Assembly (NCBI RefSeq): GCF_965601775.1
Contig: NZ_OZ271837.1
Span: forward strand, 2,374,990 to 2,438,989
From: Flagellimonas sp.
Lineage (GTDB): Bacteria; Bacteroidota; Bacteroidia; Flavobacteriales; Flavobacteriaceae
DNA length: 64,000 nucleotides
Direction: 5' to 3'
Positions within the stretch are counted from its first letter, which is position 1; each line of letters begins with the position of its first letter. The notes beneath the pieces are model-generated. The model searched no databases, was not told the origin of the DNA, and saw only the letters and a list, made by a program, of their open reading frames with translations. Below, one piece after another: positions 34,101-41,974 of this stretch. Made by a program: the position numbers and the translations under genes.

Positions 34101-36507
34101 GAGTAGATCCATCGGGTTGGGTAAGGGTATATCGATTACCTCCCCATCCACCAACAGTATTTATTCGAACGGCACCAATATTCCCATTTTGACAGCTCAT
34201 AGCGGTAACATCAAGACTTGAAATCGCAAAAGCTGTAGCAGGTTCTTCAATAACCAAAGTAGCTGTATCCGTACAATTGGTTTCTTCGTCAGTTACAGAA
34301 ATCACATAACTACCTGCAGAAAGTCCAGTCAAAGGAATAATGCTATTCGTTTGGCCAGTGAATACGGTACCACCATCAATACTATAGCTGTAGGTGGTAT
34401 TAAATCCATCCACTAGGTATCTTCCCTCACCATCTGAATCTCCGACACAGGTAACCACCCTAGTTTGTTGGGCTTGAACTCCTATGGAGCTTATATCTGT
34501 AATGGCATAGTTTTCATCATAGGAACATCCTTCAGCATCTGTTACTCGGAAAGTATAGGTCCCTAACCCGAGTCCAATAAAGCTATTGTTCGTTCCATTA
34601 TTTACGGCACTTGCCGCGGGCGCAATAATTTCATAAGTATACGGTGCAGTACCATCGGTTACGGTAACATCAATTGTTGCTGTTGTAGTGATACAATTGA
34701 GACTTGAAACCGCAAAATCCAAATCCGTTGGCTTGTTTAAAGTATTGAAAACGATATCCGGTAGCGGTTGGACACAACCATTGGCATCCCGTACCAAAGG
34801 GGTATAAGTTCCCACTCCTAAATTCGGGAATACTGGATTAGTACCAAATCCAGCTCCAATACTATACTCATAGGGGGCTGTTCCACCAGATACCCCAGAA
34901 ATCGTGATTTGCCCTCCGGTTTCATTTAAACAGCTTGGTGCAGAATCAGGGGTTGCCGTTGCCGAAATGGTTGAAGGTGTGCCAATAGTAGCTACTTGTG
35001 GCGTAGTGGTACAAACGAAGGTATCTTGCTGATATCGCAAGACAACATCATATGTACCAGGCGCCAAGTTGGAGAATACATTACTTATCTGATAGTTTGC
35101 ACCATTATCAATGCTATATTCAATTTCATATCCAAAACCGTTTACGATATTAACGGTAATTCGACCATTGTTTGACCCTCCACAATTAGCATCTTCTTCT
35201 GTGAGCGTATAGGTTGGAGGAGGAATATCCTGCACATCTACCAATGCACTTCGTTGACACCCATTAGCGTCTTCAACCAAAATGGAATAGGTCCCTGGCG
35301 TAGTAACGGCAAAAGAACTGGTCGACGCATAGGTTGGACCGAAAGGACCTCCATCAACACTAAAACGATAAGGTGCGGTACCACCAGAGGTCGTTACATC
35401 AACATCTATGGAAGTTGCACCACAGCCAAAGCTATCAGATGCGGTGGCAGAGACATCCAACGGGCTAATTCCACTCCCTATTTCAATAGGGTCACCATTT
35501 ACATCCAAGGTAATGGTTTCAGAACAGTTGTTTGTATCGACTCGAATACTGTAAACACCAGTACCAATATTGGCAAAAGTGTAGGAATCTGAAGCATCAG
35601 GACCAAATGTATCTACCGTAACACCATTTCTTATCAAACGATAGGTGTAGAATCCTGGAACTCCCGAAACCTGAACATCGATACTACCCAATTCCCCGCT
35701 ACAAAGAATATCATTGGCGGTTACATCCACATTAATATCCAAGTCTTGAACGGTGACTGAGTTGGAAGGAAACACACAAGCACTGGAAGGGGAATTTCTT
35801 AAACGTGCAAAAACCCGGTAATTCCCAGGTGCAGTAATATCAAAAAATGGATCATCTTGATATGGTCCCGCAGCGCTATTCAAACTATACTCGTAACCTG
35901 CCGGTACGTTGGTCACTTCCACCCTACCCGGATTGCCGCAAATAATATCCTCATGAATCAATTGGGGATCTAGTGGATTTAAGGTGGATTTGAAATAAAA
36001 ATACTGTCCTGAATCCACACGAACCCTAAATTCGCCATCAGTTGACAGATTAAATGTAGGTCCCGTCCCAACGGTGTTCCAAGTACAAGACGCATTGATT
36101 GTGGGACAATCTTCAACCACTGTGGGGGCACAGGTATTTGGGTCCAACTGCTGCCATTCATAATTGGAACCGGATTGGGAAAGACTTAAGGTTCTGATAT
36201 CACTGGTTCCACAAAGGAAAAACTTGGATAACGTACTTCCATCATTTGGGCATACCACTTCCTCATCGGCGCCTTGAATGATGGTCATGAACATTGCGCT
36301 TGCTGTAGCGCTCTTACTAGTTTTGGTAAAATTCTTTTGTGCTGACAACGAAGAGGACTCCTTCTCTGTCTTGGACTTTGAAGTTACAGAAGTTGCTTTG
36401 AAAATAAATTCAGCTACATCTGTTTTCGCCAGTACCGTGGTTCCATATACTGAGGCTGATATGAACAACACGGCATAGATGATATGCCTTGTTTTTCGAG
36501 GAAGCAT
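28195..36507 (-). CDS. Large SprB-like adhesin with a type B T9SS C-terminal domain (gliding motility-associated CTD)
   Basis: About 29 units of about 90 aa ending in VxDxxGC (hand count); CTD FFTPDGDNMNDFW...IYDRYG...WDGTYDGSPLPTGDYWY...GHFTLLR. Confidence 0.92.
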   Translation of the reverse strand: MLPRKTRHIIYAVLFISASVYGTTVLAKTDVAEFIFKATSVTSKSKTEKESSSLSAQKNFTKTSKSATASAMFMTIIQGADEEVVCPNDGSTLSKFFLCGTSDIRTLSLSQSGSNYEWQQLDPNTCAPTVVEDCPTINASCTWNTVGTGPTFNLSTDGEFRVRVDSGQYFYFKSTLNPLDPQLIHEDIICGNPGRVEVTNVPAGYEYSLNSAAGPYQDDPFFDITAPGNYRVFARLRNSPSSACVFPSNSVTVQDLDINVDVTANDILCSGELGSIDVQVSGVPGFYTYRLIRNGVTVDTFGPDASDSYTFANIGTGVYSIRVDTNNCSETITLDVNGDPIEIGSGISPLDVSATASDSFGCGATSIDVDVTTSGGTAPYRFSVDGGPFGPTYASTSSFAVTTPGTYSILVEDANGCQRSALVDVQDIPPPTYTLTEEDANCGGSNNGRITVNIVNGFGYEIEYSIDNGANYQISNVFSNLAPGTYDVVLRYQQDTFVCTTTPQVATIGTPSTISATATPDSAPSCLNETGGQITISGVSGGTAPYEYSIGAGFGTNPVFPNLGVGTYTPLVRDANGCVQPLPDIVFNTLNKPTDLDFAVSSLNCITTTATIDVTVTDGTAPYTYEIIAPAASAVNNGTNNSFIGLGLGTYTFRVTDAEGCSYDENYAITDISSIGVQAQQTRVVTCVGDSDGEGRYLVDGFNTTYSYSIDGGTVFTGQTNSIIPLTGLSAGSYVISVTDEETNCTDTATLVIEEPATAFAISSLDVTAMSCQNGNIGAVRINTVGGWGGNRYTLTQPDGSTRGPKNGSVFSNLSQDGLYQVSVTDANGCTVTDSFTLTRLDAPTLTLDLGSSDLCYDNFNAATLVVTASLGAAPYQYRINGGPLGASNTFNGLTPGTYTIEVVDANDCRDTVTRTIEPQVVANASIIQELDCAGPPAQIQVDISNGYTSGGDYDIYEVSINGAPYTSDSNNITGNSFIYSIPNDGSITSDTTYQFLVTDSQGCTTETNVVTITPPETIAGSVVGTDTQCGDLTSGIVELIPDTTQGVPPYEYSNDGGVTFSTQNIFSGYGPGLQTGFVIRDSRGCVSPVYDVTIGNSSPLDATATPTNAVCSAGSVLGSVSTTINNGVGPFDYELYDGSGTLIAASTGTASTTVNFPNLDLGNYTVVTRDSQGCEDRDDFIIDQNQLDLIPLDTPPPVCSGSAFTYRVQATGGTAPYQFRLVGDPVFQPGTGPGNDIFDVTGLVTFGVTYFVEVVDALGCTYIERIDPIAATNPVTVTATANTISCGTSGNGTIDYTVDGITPSPGDFTITLENTDTGATLSTNSLTNEPVPYADTFTGLAPGNYQIIVTDDISGCSASTLVFIGISNPNIAIDSNVNATCNAGAFVTVRGFGSTGPYEFAYVPTGDPAPSTFTTDTTFEIGAPYPTDYDFYVRDANGCTAFTTATVDQDPGIPTPTIDVINQCTATSGYQINVTAPLTTGPAPETTFQYDIGSGFQSSPNFVVPNPGNYVITIRDGNGCTTTVNAEVFDFFAITADATSLPTCNAGDGTITVNTTGGSGNFEFQLRDAGTLANIGPAQSSNTFINVLPGDYNILVTDLSSNTTPLCTDEAIVNVSTVNTPIITATPSTDVTCNGAGDGTIAVELQPGSDTDTPLSYILYDGSTTTIIAGPQPTAIFDNLVPGTYQVEVVSDRGCTDRSGDVTITEPTLLQVNAINTDFTCNPASNQFSTATITIFTDTNGDGTGTATGTGPYTYSMNDGTLQFDGTNFQTSNTFEVIDNGTNQTIILTARDQNGCEETSTVTINTPTDITFSFNVNPITCDASGTGVSPGTIDIIINEGPGNYEVEILPLGSEPARNSGGTDRVTWDISTPGDYIFAVTDIGSGGCTYLTSTVNMPEYNNIEAIIAEVRPVTCFNGNDGEISLEVNNYSGQYNYEVFTRDSAGVETSTGVTGSFDTNAPINTPEIIAGLPAGNLVVRVEALDTPFCDVTSNVTTVRSPDRALTVPLVQTGEVTCNVPGLGEITASGDGGWGGYEYQLIAPDGITVLVDYPNTNPVFPGLSTGTYTVNIRDAEGCETGNTINLPLPTPITADIQIVQQLRCNNDNDGIIEAFNIAGGQGPGNYLYQLNRITDGTNSGLQTTPTFANLSAGDYTITIFDGWNCSFTTIPITVQDPEIVVAELVELQPPGCGDLGRMELTVTNPEVGVDYFYRRSGTADPFTPFGVGMTSIEISADITLDPGPFQYDVQNSNGCPFERSNQISLDPAAPLVIALDLTNATINCAGEATGIIRSEAFGGIGSYVYTLLNSNTPPNPTAVNTVRPAQSSGIFRNLPPGTYFVYAQSGGCEAISTPIVIEPKPPLVLEYLEAVPVLCAGDSNGQIIIEASGGTGAIRYSISDNLSEFFVGDDPVHPNRRTFTDLAPRSYDIIIQDDLGCTITRTVEITQPMELLAGVVSTTPETCLGDEDGTMTLSVTGGTAPYYTSVNSADDADFVQNDTMFFDNLAGGETYVVFVRDANGCQTNVIADIDLGIEIMAEPIVEYGCEGIFPNSTTTISVQDSSLLPNLLFSLDVEDIQMATDQRIFPDLTPGEHTVYIYHQNGCVTFVEFEIDAYEPLVLEAMKTGPNEITATASGGFGGYEYFFQGESTGENNVFNIIADATVNIMVVDQNGCVANFVLPFNFEGMPDFPPFFTPDGDNMNDFWYPENREFFPNIDVIIYDRYGRVVARLDQVRKWDGTYDGSPLPTGDYWYVVNANDSENQQFVGHFTLLR

Positions 36508-36653
36508 AGGTTAAGTCTTGTTATGGCTAGAATATTCAGATTTGGGACCTCAATATTCTACAATTGTAATTTTCTAAACTTATATTAAATCTTTTTCTTC
36601 GGCTGTATTTAACCGTATTTTGTCTAATGTAATCTACTTTTCAACGTAAAACT

Positions 36654-37772
36654 ATGAAAAAAAGTGCGCTCTTACCCTATTTTTTCGTTGTACTGCTCAC
36701 CTCTTCTTGCGCACAAAACGGGGATAAAGGGGTAAATCTACCCGAAAAAAACCTATTTACTTTAGAATCCATAGTAGATGGAGTCCAAAATCCTTGGGGG
36801 ATGGCTTTCCTTTCAGATGGAAGCTTATTATTTACAGAAAAACGAGGGAAATTACTTCTTTTCAAATCCGGAGAACTTACAGAAATAGAAGGCTTACCAG
36901 ATATTTATGTGCGGGGACAAGGTGGCCTAATGGATATTGAATTACATCCGAATTACAATGAAAACGGCTGGCTTTATCTATCATACTCTTCTAAGAAAGG
37001 AGGTGGTACTGGAGGCAATACTGCAATTATGAGAGCTAAACTCAATGGAAATCAACTTATTGAAAAACAATTGCTGTATAAAGGTGTGCCCAATACAACA
37101 AAAGGACAGCATTTTGGAAGTCGCCTTGAATTTGACAAGGATGGTTTTCTCTATTTTTCCATTGGAGATAGGGGAAATCGAAACGTAAATCCTCAAGATA
37201 TCACAAGGGATGGTGGTAAAATCTATAGAATTAAGGACAATGGGGATATTCCATCAGACAATCCTTTTATTGACAAAAAAGGTGCGAAAACCGCTATTTT
37301 CAGTTATGGACATCGAAATCCCCAAGGTCTCATAAAACATCCGGTTACCGGGGAAATCTGGGAACATGAGCATGGACCTCGCGGGGGGGATGAAATCAAT
37401 ATTGTCCAAAAAGGAAAAAACTACGGTTGGCCCGTAATTACCTATGGTATTAATTATATAGGAACAAAAATTACTGATGAAACTGAGAGACCGGGTATGG
37501 AACAACCTATTTACCAGTGGACACCTTCTATTGCGCCTTGCGGGATGACATTCGTTTCTTCTGATAAATATCCTGAGTGGAATGGCAACTTACTGGTGGG
37601 TTCGCTCTCCTTCCAATATTTAGAGCGTTTGGTACTAGATGACAATACAGTAGTATATCGGGAAAAGCTTTTGGATGGTATGGGAAGGTTACGAAATGTA
37701 AAACAAGGACCGGATGGTTATATTTATGTGGGTATAGAAGGAAAAGGAATTTTCAAATTGGTTCCCAAATAA
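36654..37772 (+). CDS. PQQ-dependent glucose/sorbosone dehydrogenase family lipoprotein
   Basis: Lipobox TSSC; PWGMAFL, GQGGLMDIELHP, HFGSRL, SYGHRNPQG, EHGPRGGDEIN. Confidence 0.92.
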   Translation: MKKSALLPYFFVVLLTSSCAQNGDKGVNLPEKNLFTLESIVDGVQNPWGMAFLSDGSLLFTEKRGKLLLFKSGELTEIEGLPDIYVRGQGGLMDIELHPNYNENGWLYLSYSSKKGGGTGGNTAIMRAKLNGNQLIEKQLLYKGVPNTTKGQHFGSRLEFDKDGFLYFSIGDRGNRNVNPQDITRDGGKIYRIKDNGDIPSDNPFIDKKGAKTAIFSYGHRNPQGLIKHPVTGEIWEHEHGPRGGDEINIVQKGKNYGWPVITYGINYIGTKITDETERPGMEQPIYQWTPSIAPCGMTFVSSDKYPEWNGNLLVGSLSFQYLERLVLDDNTVVYREKLLDGMGRLRNVKQGPDGYIYVGIEGKGIFKLVPK

Positions 37773-37774
37773 GT

Positions 37775-38293
37775 TCAAACCAATGCCTCCAAGGTTTTTG
37801 ATGCCCTTTTAGATACCGATTTACGTTCATCTTGGGCTAATCGTTTCAAATGTGGAAGAAGCCACCCTTTCAGGTTTTCGTCTTTTTTTGCCCATTTGCC
37901 CAAGGTCTCTATAGTTTGATTCAATACAATCCAATCAGAATGGGTTGCCAAGTTTTCTTTGAGTATTTTTTTTGCACTGGCTTTTTGGGATTCAGATAAG
38001 TCTTTTTCCAACAGTAAAAAAAGTTGGGCCAATGTCCATTTTGTTGAAGCTTGATCAATTTTGGATATTTCATTTAAAAGCCTGTCAACATAAGGCAAAA
38101 CAATGGACTTATCGGCTTTACAAATACGTTTCATCCCATTAGAAACCCGTAGTCGAACTACTTCATCTTTACTGAAATAGCAATTAAAGAAATCGTCAAA
38201 AAGTTTGGGGTTTTGCAATACTTTCTCAACCACCTCGATGGTATTTCCAAGAGAGTTGGGGTGGCCACCTGAAAGTCGTTCTTCAAAACTCAT
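37775..38293 (-). CDS. Hypothetical helical-repeat (HEAT-like) protein
   Basis: LSGGHPNSLGNT, DEVVRLRVSNGMKRI, DWIVLNQTIETL; ATGA overlap with murQ. Confidence 0.6.
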   Translation of the reverse strand: MSFEERLSGGHPNSLGNTIEVVEKVLQNPKLFDDFFNCYFSKDEVVRLRVSNGMKRICKADKSIVLPYVDRLLNEISKIDQASTKWTLAQLFLLLEKDLSESQKASAKKILKENLATHSDWIVLNQTIETLGKWAKKDENLKGWLLPHLKRLAQDERKSVSKRASKTLEALV

Positions 38294-39117
38294 TGTTGCT
38301 TCAGGGCCTCCATGGCTTTTTTAACTGATCCATATTTGATAAGCGCTTTTTCGGCTTCATCATAGCTTAGTGCCAATTCTTCCACCAAATACCTGGTCCC
38401 TCTGTCTACCAGTTTGGTATTGCTTAGCTGCATGTTTACCATCTTATTGCCTTTCACTCTCCCAATACGAATCATCAATGCAGTAGATATCATATTGAGT
38501 ACCATTTTTTGGCTGGTACCACTTTTCATTCTTGTACTGCCAGTTACAAATTCAGGACCGACTACCACCTCAATCGCAATATCACTATCTAAAGCCAAAG
38601 GTGAACCCGGATTGTTGGTGATACCCGCAGTAAGTATTCCTTTATCCTTAGCATCATGGATACCTCCCAAAACATAAGGCGTGGTCCCAGATGCTGCTAT
38701 TCCAACAAGAACGTCGTTGTGATTAATATCATACGCCTCCAAATCCTTCCAGGCTTGTTTGGTATCGTCCTCTGCAAACTCTACAGCCTTTCGTATGGCG
38801 CTATCTCCCCCAGCAATAAGGCCAATAACACGGTCATGCGGCATTCCAAAGGTTGGAGGGATTTCTGAAGCATCCAAAATGCCCAGCCTACCACTCGTAC
38901 CTGCCCCTATATAAAATAAACGTCCTCCTTGTTCAAATCGCTTCGTAGTTTCATCCACTAACCGAGATATGCTGGGAAGAACTTTTTCAACAGCATCAGC
39001 TACCTTTTTGTCCTCATTGTTTATGCTGGAAATAATATCCAAAGTATCCATCTGTTCCAGCTCATCGTAATGAGAGGACTCTTCGGTTATCTTCACATGT
39101 TTTTCATTCACAATCAC
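38290..39117 (-). CDS. murQ: N-acetylmuramic acid 6-phosphate etherase
   Basis: YIGAGTSGRLGILDASEIPPTFG, GIAASGTTPYV, GPEFVTGSTRMKSGTSQKMVLNMIST. Confidence 0.96.
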   Translation of the reverse strand: MIVNEKHVKITEESSHYDELEQMDTLDIISSINNEDKKVADAVEKVLPSISRLVDETTKRFEQGGRLFYIGAGTSGRLGILDASEIPPTFGMPHDRVIGLIAGGDSAIRKAVEFAEDDTKQAWKDLEAYDINHNDVLVGIAASGTTPYVLGGIHDAKDKGILTAGITNNPGSPLALDSDIAIEVVVGPEFVTGSTRMKSGTSQKMVLNMISTALMIRIGRVKGNKMVNMQLSNTKLVDRGTRYLVEELALSYDEAEKALIKYGSVKKAMEALKQQ

Positions 39118-39863
39118 AGTAATTGTAAGTTCATAGTTTTAAAGGCATCAAGTTTGATGTCCCAAGGTTCCAATTCAGTAATCAATACATCAACATCTTC
39201 GACGCCACAAATTTTGTACCGCTGTAAGGACCCAATTTTTTCCGAAATGCAGGGTGAAACTACTTTTCTGGAACTATGGATCATTGCTTTTTTCATTTGA
39301 ACAATTTCCCAATCGAATTCGGTCAGGCCTTGAACTGGATGTATAGAATTAGTCCCCAAAAAGCAAATATCCACTTTTATTTCAGATAACATGTTAATTG
39401 CACTACCCCCAACTGTAATTTGGGAGTCTTTTGAAAGTCGACCTCCGATAAAAATAACGTCAACGTTCGGCTTAGTTAACAATTGAACGGCAATAGGAAG
39501 ACTTGGTGTGAAGCAAGTAAGTTTTATTTTGGTAGGTAGTCTACGAGCCAACTCCAAATTTGTAGTTCCCCCGCTGAGCAAAATAACCTGTCCTTCCTTA
39601 ATTAGGGTTATTGCTTTTTCTGCTATCTGGGATTTCTTCTCAAGCGAATACACTTTTTTCCCAACGGGAGAGTATGTATTAAATCCAAGGGAAACCGCAC
39701 CTCCATGTACTTTTTTGAGCTGGTCTGAATTGTGAAGTTCCTTGATATCACGTCTTACCGTATCAACTGAAACCTTCAACAAATCTGCTATATCCGTAAG
39801 CAATACCCTATTATGGATTCTCACTTCATTAAGAATGAATTGATGTCTTTCTTCCTTTAGCAT
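39114..39863 (-). CDS. DeoR/GlpR family transcriptional regulator
   Basis: MLKEERHQFIL...VSVDTVRRDIKEL..VHGGA; SGGTTN; DICFLG. Confidence 0.93.
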   Translation of the reverse strand: MLKEERHQFILNEVRIHNRVLLTDIADLLKVSVDTVRRDIKELHNSDQLKKVHGGAVSLGFNTYSPVGKKVYSLEKKSQIAEKAITLIKEGQVILLSGGTTNLELARRLPTKIKLTCFTPSLPIAVQLLTKPNVDVIFIGGRLSKDSQITVGGSAINMLSEIKVDICFLGTNSIHPVQGLTEFDWEIVQMKKAMIHSSRKVVSPCISEKIGSLQRYKICGVEDVDVLITELEPWDIKLDAFKTMNLQLL

Positions 39864-39871
39864 ACGGAGCG

Positions 39872-39998
39872 CAAAGTTAAATAAATCTTAAAACGAACTT
39901 TAATTACAGCAAAATACGGCAATTATGACAGAAAAGTACGTAAAAATCGACAAATATTGCAAATAATCGTATTAATTGCTGTTTTTTGCATACATTTG
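39872..39998. promoter_or_regulatory. Divergent promoters (TAACTTTG minus 39872-39879; TACATTTG plus 39991-39998) with two inverted 17-bp operator-like boxes
   Basis: GCAAAATACGGCAATTA (39909-39925) and the reverse complement of 39973-39989 (GCAAAAAACAGCAATTA) match at 15/17. Confidence 0.6.
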
Positions 39999-40043
39999 AA
40001 AAGAGGATTTCGATTTTTTGCAAGAACACTATAGCACACTTAA

Positions 40044-41960
40044 ATGGATTATAATCTACTCGAGGACCGAAAATTTGAGAAAATCCACACCATAATTCAG
40101 GAAAATTCGAATACTGCCTCCCTTTTTGTGGCCAATGAAATAGCAGGCTTAATTCAACAGAAGCAAAAAGAAGGTAAGAAAGCGGTACTTGGATTAGCTA
40201 CTGGCTCCACTCCGACCAAAGTCTACGATTATTTGGTTCAGTTTCATCAGGAAGGAAGGTTGAGCTTTAAAAATGTAATCACCTTCAATCTTGATGAATA
40301 CTATCCTATGGAGCCGAATTCACTACACAGTTATGTTCGGTTTATGAAGGAACATCTTTTCGACCATGTAGATATCGAACCAGAAAACGTTCATATTCCC
40401 GATGGAAATATTTCCTCTGATGAAATACGGGACTATTGCCAAGACTATGAGAGAAAAATTGAGAATGTCGGCGGAATTGATATTCAAATTTTAGGGATTG
40501 GTCGAACCGGCCATATTGGTTTTAACGAACCGGGGTCTGCACTTAACAGTAAAACGCGGCTAATTCGATTAGACCGAGTAACTATACTAGATGCAGCTAG
40601 TGACTTTTTTGGTCAAGAGAACGTTCCTAAGCGTGCCATTACTATGGGGGTTGGTACCATATTGTCTGCCAAAAAAATAATTCTAATGGCATGGGGGGAA
40701 GGAAAAGCCGATGTCATTAGTCAATCGGTAGAGGGTCCGATAAAGGAGTCTATTCCTGCCACATTTTTGCAACACCATCCCAATTGTGATTTCGTATTGG
40801 ACGATGCTTCCTCTTCCAAACTGACACGAGTACAAACGCCATGGTTGGTCACAGAATGCAAATGGGATGATCAATTGATTAAAAGGGCGACTATCTGGCT
40901 TTCAGAGCGCCTAGAAAAGGCCATTCTCAAACTCACCAATGAGGATTACAACGAGTACGGTATGGGAAACCTTGTCGCTGAAGTAGGTTCTGCGGAACAA
41001 ATCAATCTAAAGGTTTTTAATCAGCTCCAGCGTACAATTACAGGTTGGCCAGGTGGTAAACCAAATGCGGATGACAGCCAACGCCCGGAAAGGGGGAACC
41101 CTCATCCAAAGACTTCGTTGATATTTAGTCCACACCCTGATGATGATGTTATTTCCATGGGGGGAACCCTATTACGTTTGGTAGATCAAGGCCATGATGT
41201 CCACATTGCTTATCAGACCTCAGGTAATATTGCTGTTTTTGACGATGAGGTAATTCGCTTTTTGGATTTTGCCGCCACGGTGCAAAAGGACAATGTGGAA
41301 ATGGATAAAAAACTAAAAGAGGTTAGGGCTTTTTTGTCTTCCAAAAAACCAGGTCAAGTGGACAGTGCGGAAATTCAAAATTTTAAAGGACTGATACGAC
41401 GAGGAGAGGCACTAGCTGCTTGTCGTTATTGTGGAGTGGACGAGAAAAATGCACACTTTTTAAACCTCCCTTTTTATGAAACTGGAACGGTTAAGAAGAA
41501 ACCTCATTCCGAAGAAGACATCAAAATCACTTATGATTTGTTGAATAAACTAAAACCTGAGCAAATATTTGCTGCTGGAGATTTATCCGACCCTCATGGT
41601 ACCCATAGAGTTTGCCTAGAAATTATATATCAGGCCATTGAATTATTGAAAAAGAATCGGGCGGAATGGATAAACAATTGCTATGTGTGGCTGTATAGAG
41701 GCGCTTGGCAAGAATGGGAGGTTGCAGATATGGAAATGACCGTACCCATAGGACCTAAAGATATGGCACGAAAGAAAAATGCCATTTTCAAACATCAATC
41801 CCAGAAAGACAGTGCCATGTTCCCTGGAAACGATGAACGCGAGTTTTGGCAAAGAGCCGAACAGCGAAACAAAGAAACCGCTAACCGTTATAACGCCCTA
41901 GGAATGGCCGAATATGAAGCCATGGAGGGGTTCGTGCGGTATCATTTTAATTTTAACTAA
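40044..41960 (+). CDS. nagB: Glucosamine-6-phosphate deaminase fused to a PIG-L/LmbE deacetylase-like domain
   Basis: LGLATGSTP, FNLDEYY, GIGRTGHIGFNEPG; C-terminal SPHPDDDVISMGGT and DLSDPHGTH. Confidence 0.93.
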   Translation: MDYNLLEDRKFEKIHTIIQENSNTASLFVANEIAGLIQQKQKEGKKAVLGLATGSTPTKVYDYLVQFHQEGRLSFKNVITFNLDEYYPMEPNSLHSYVRFMKEHLFDHVDIEPENVHIPDGNISSDEIRDYCQDYERKIENVGGIDIQILGIGRTGHIGFNEPGSALNSKTRLIRLDRVTILDAASDFFGQENVPKRAITMGVGTILSAKKIILMAWGEGKADVISQSVEGPIKESIPATFLQHHPNCDFVLDDASSSKLTRVQTPWLVTECKWDDQLIKRATIWLSERLEKAILKLTNEDYNEYGMGNLVAEVGSAEQINLKVFNQLQRTITGWPGGKPNADDSQRPERGNPHPKTSLIFSPHPDDDVISMGGTLLRLVDQGHDVHIAYQTSGNIAVFDDEVIRFLDFAATVQKDNVEMDKKLKEVRAFLSSKKPGQVDSAEIQNFKGLIRRGEALAACRYCGVDEKNAHFLNLPFYETGTVKKKPHSEEDIKITYDLLNKLKPEQIFAAGDLSDPHGTHRVCLEIIYQAIELLKKNRAEWINNCYVWLYRGAWQEWEVADMEMTVPIGPKDMARKKNAIFKHQSQKDSAMFPGNDEREFWQRAEQRNKETANRYNALGMAEYEAMEGFVRYHFNFN

Positions 41961-41974
41961 AAACTAACTTCTGT

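Noticed and set aside
28318-36478. Plus-strand ORFs of 60-146 aa inside the SprB-like gene, and similar antisense ORFs throughout the window
   Set aside because: Shadow frames of long, well-supported genes; no independent motifs.
37383-37389. G7 run in the PQQ dehydrogenase gene
   Set aside because: It encodes the conserved GPRGGDE motif, so no phase-variation inference is needed.
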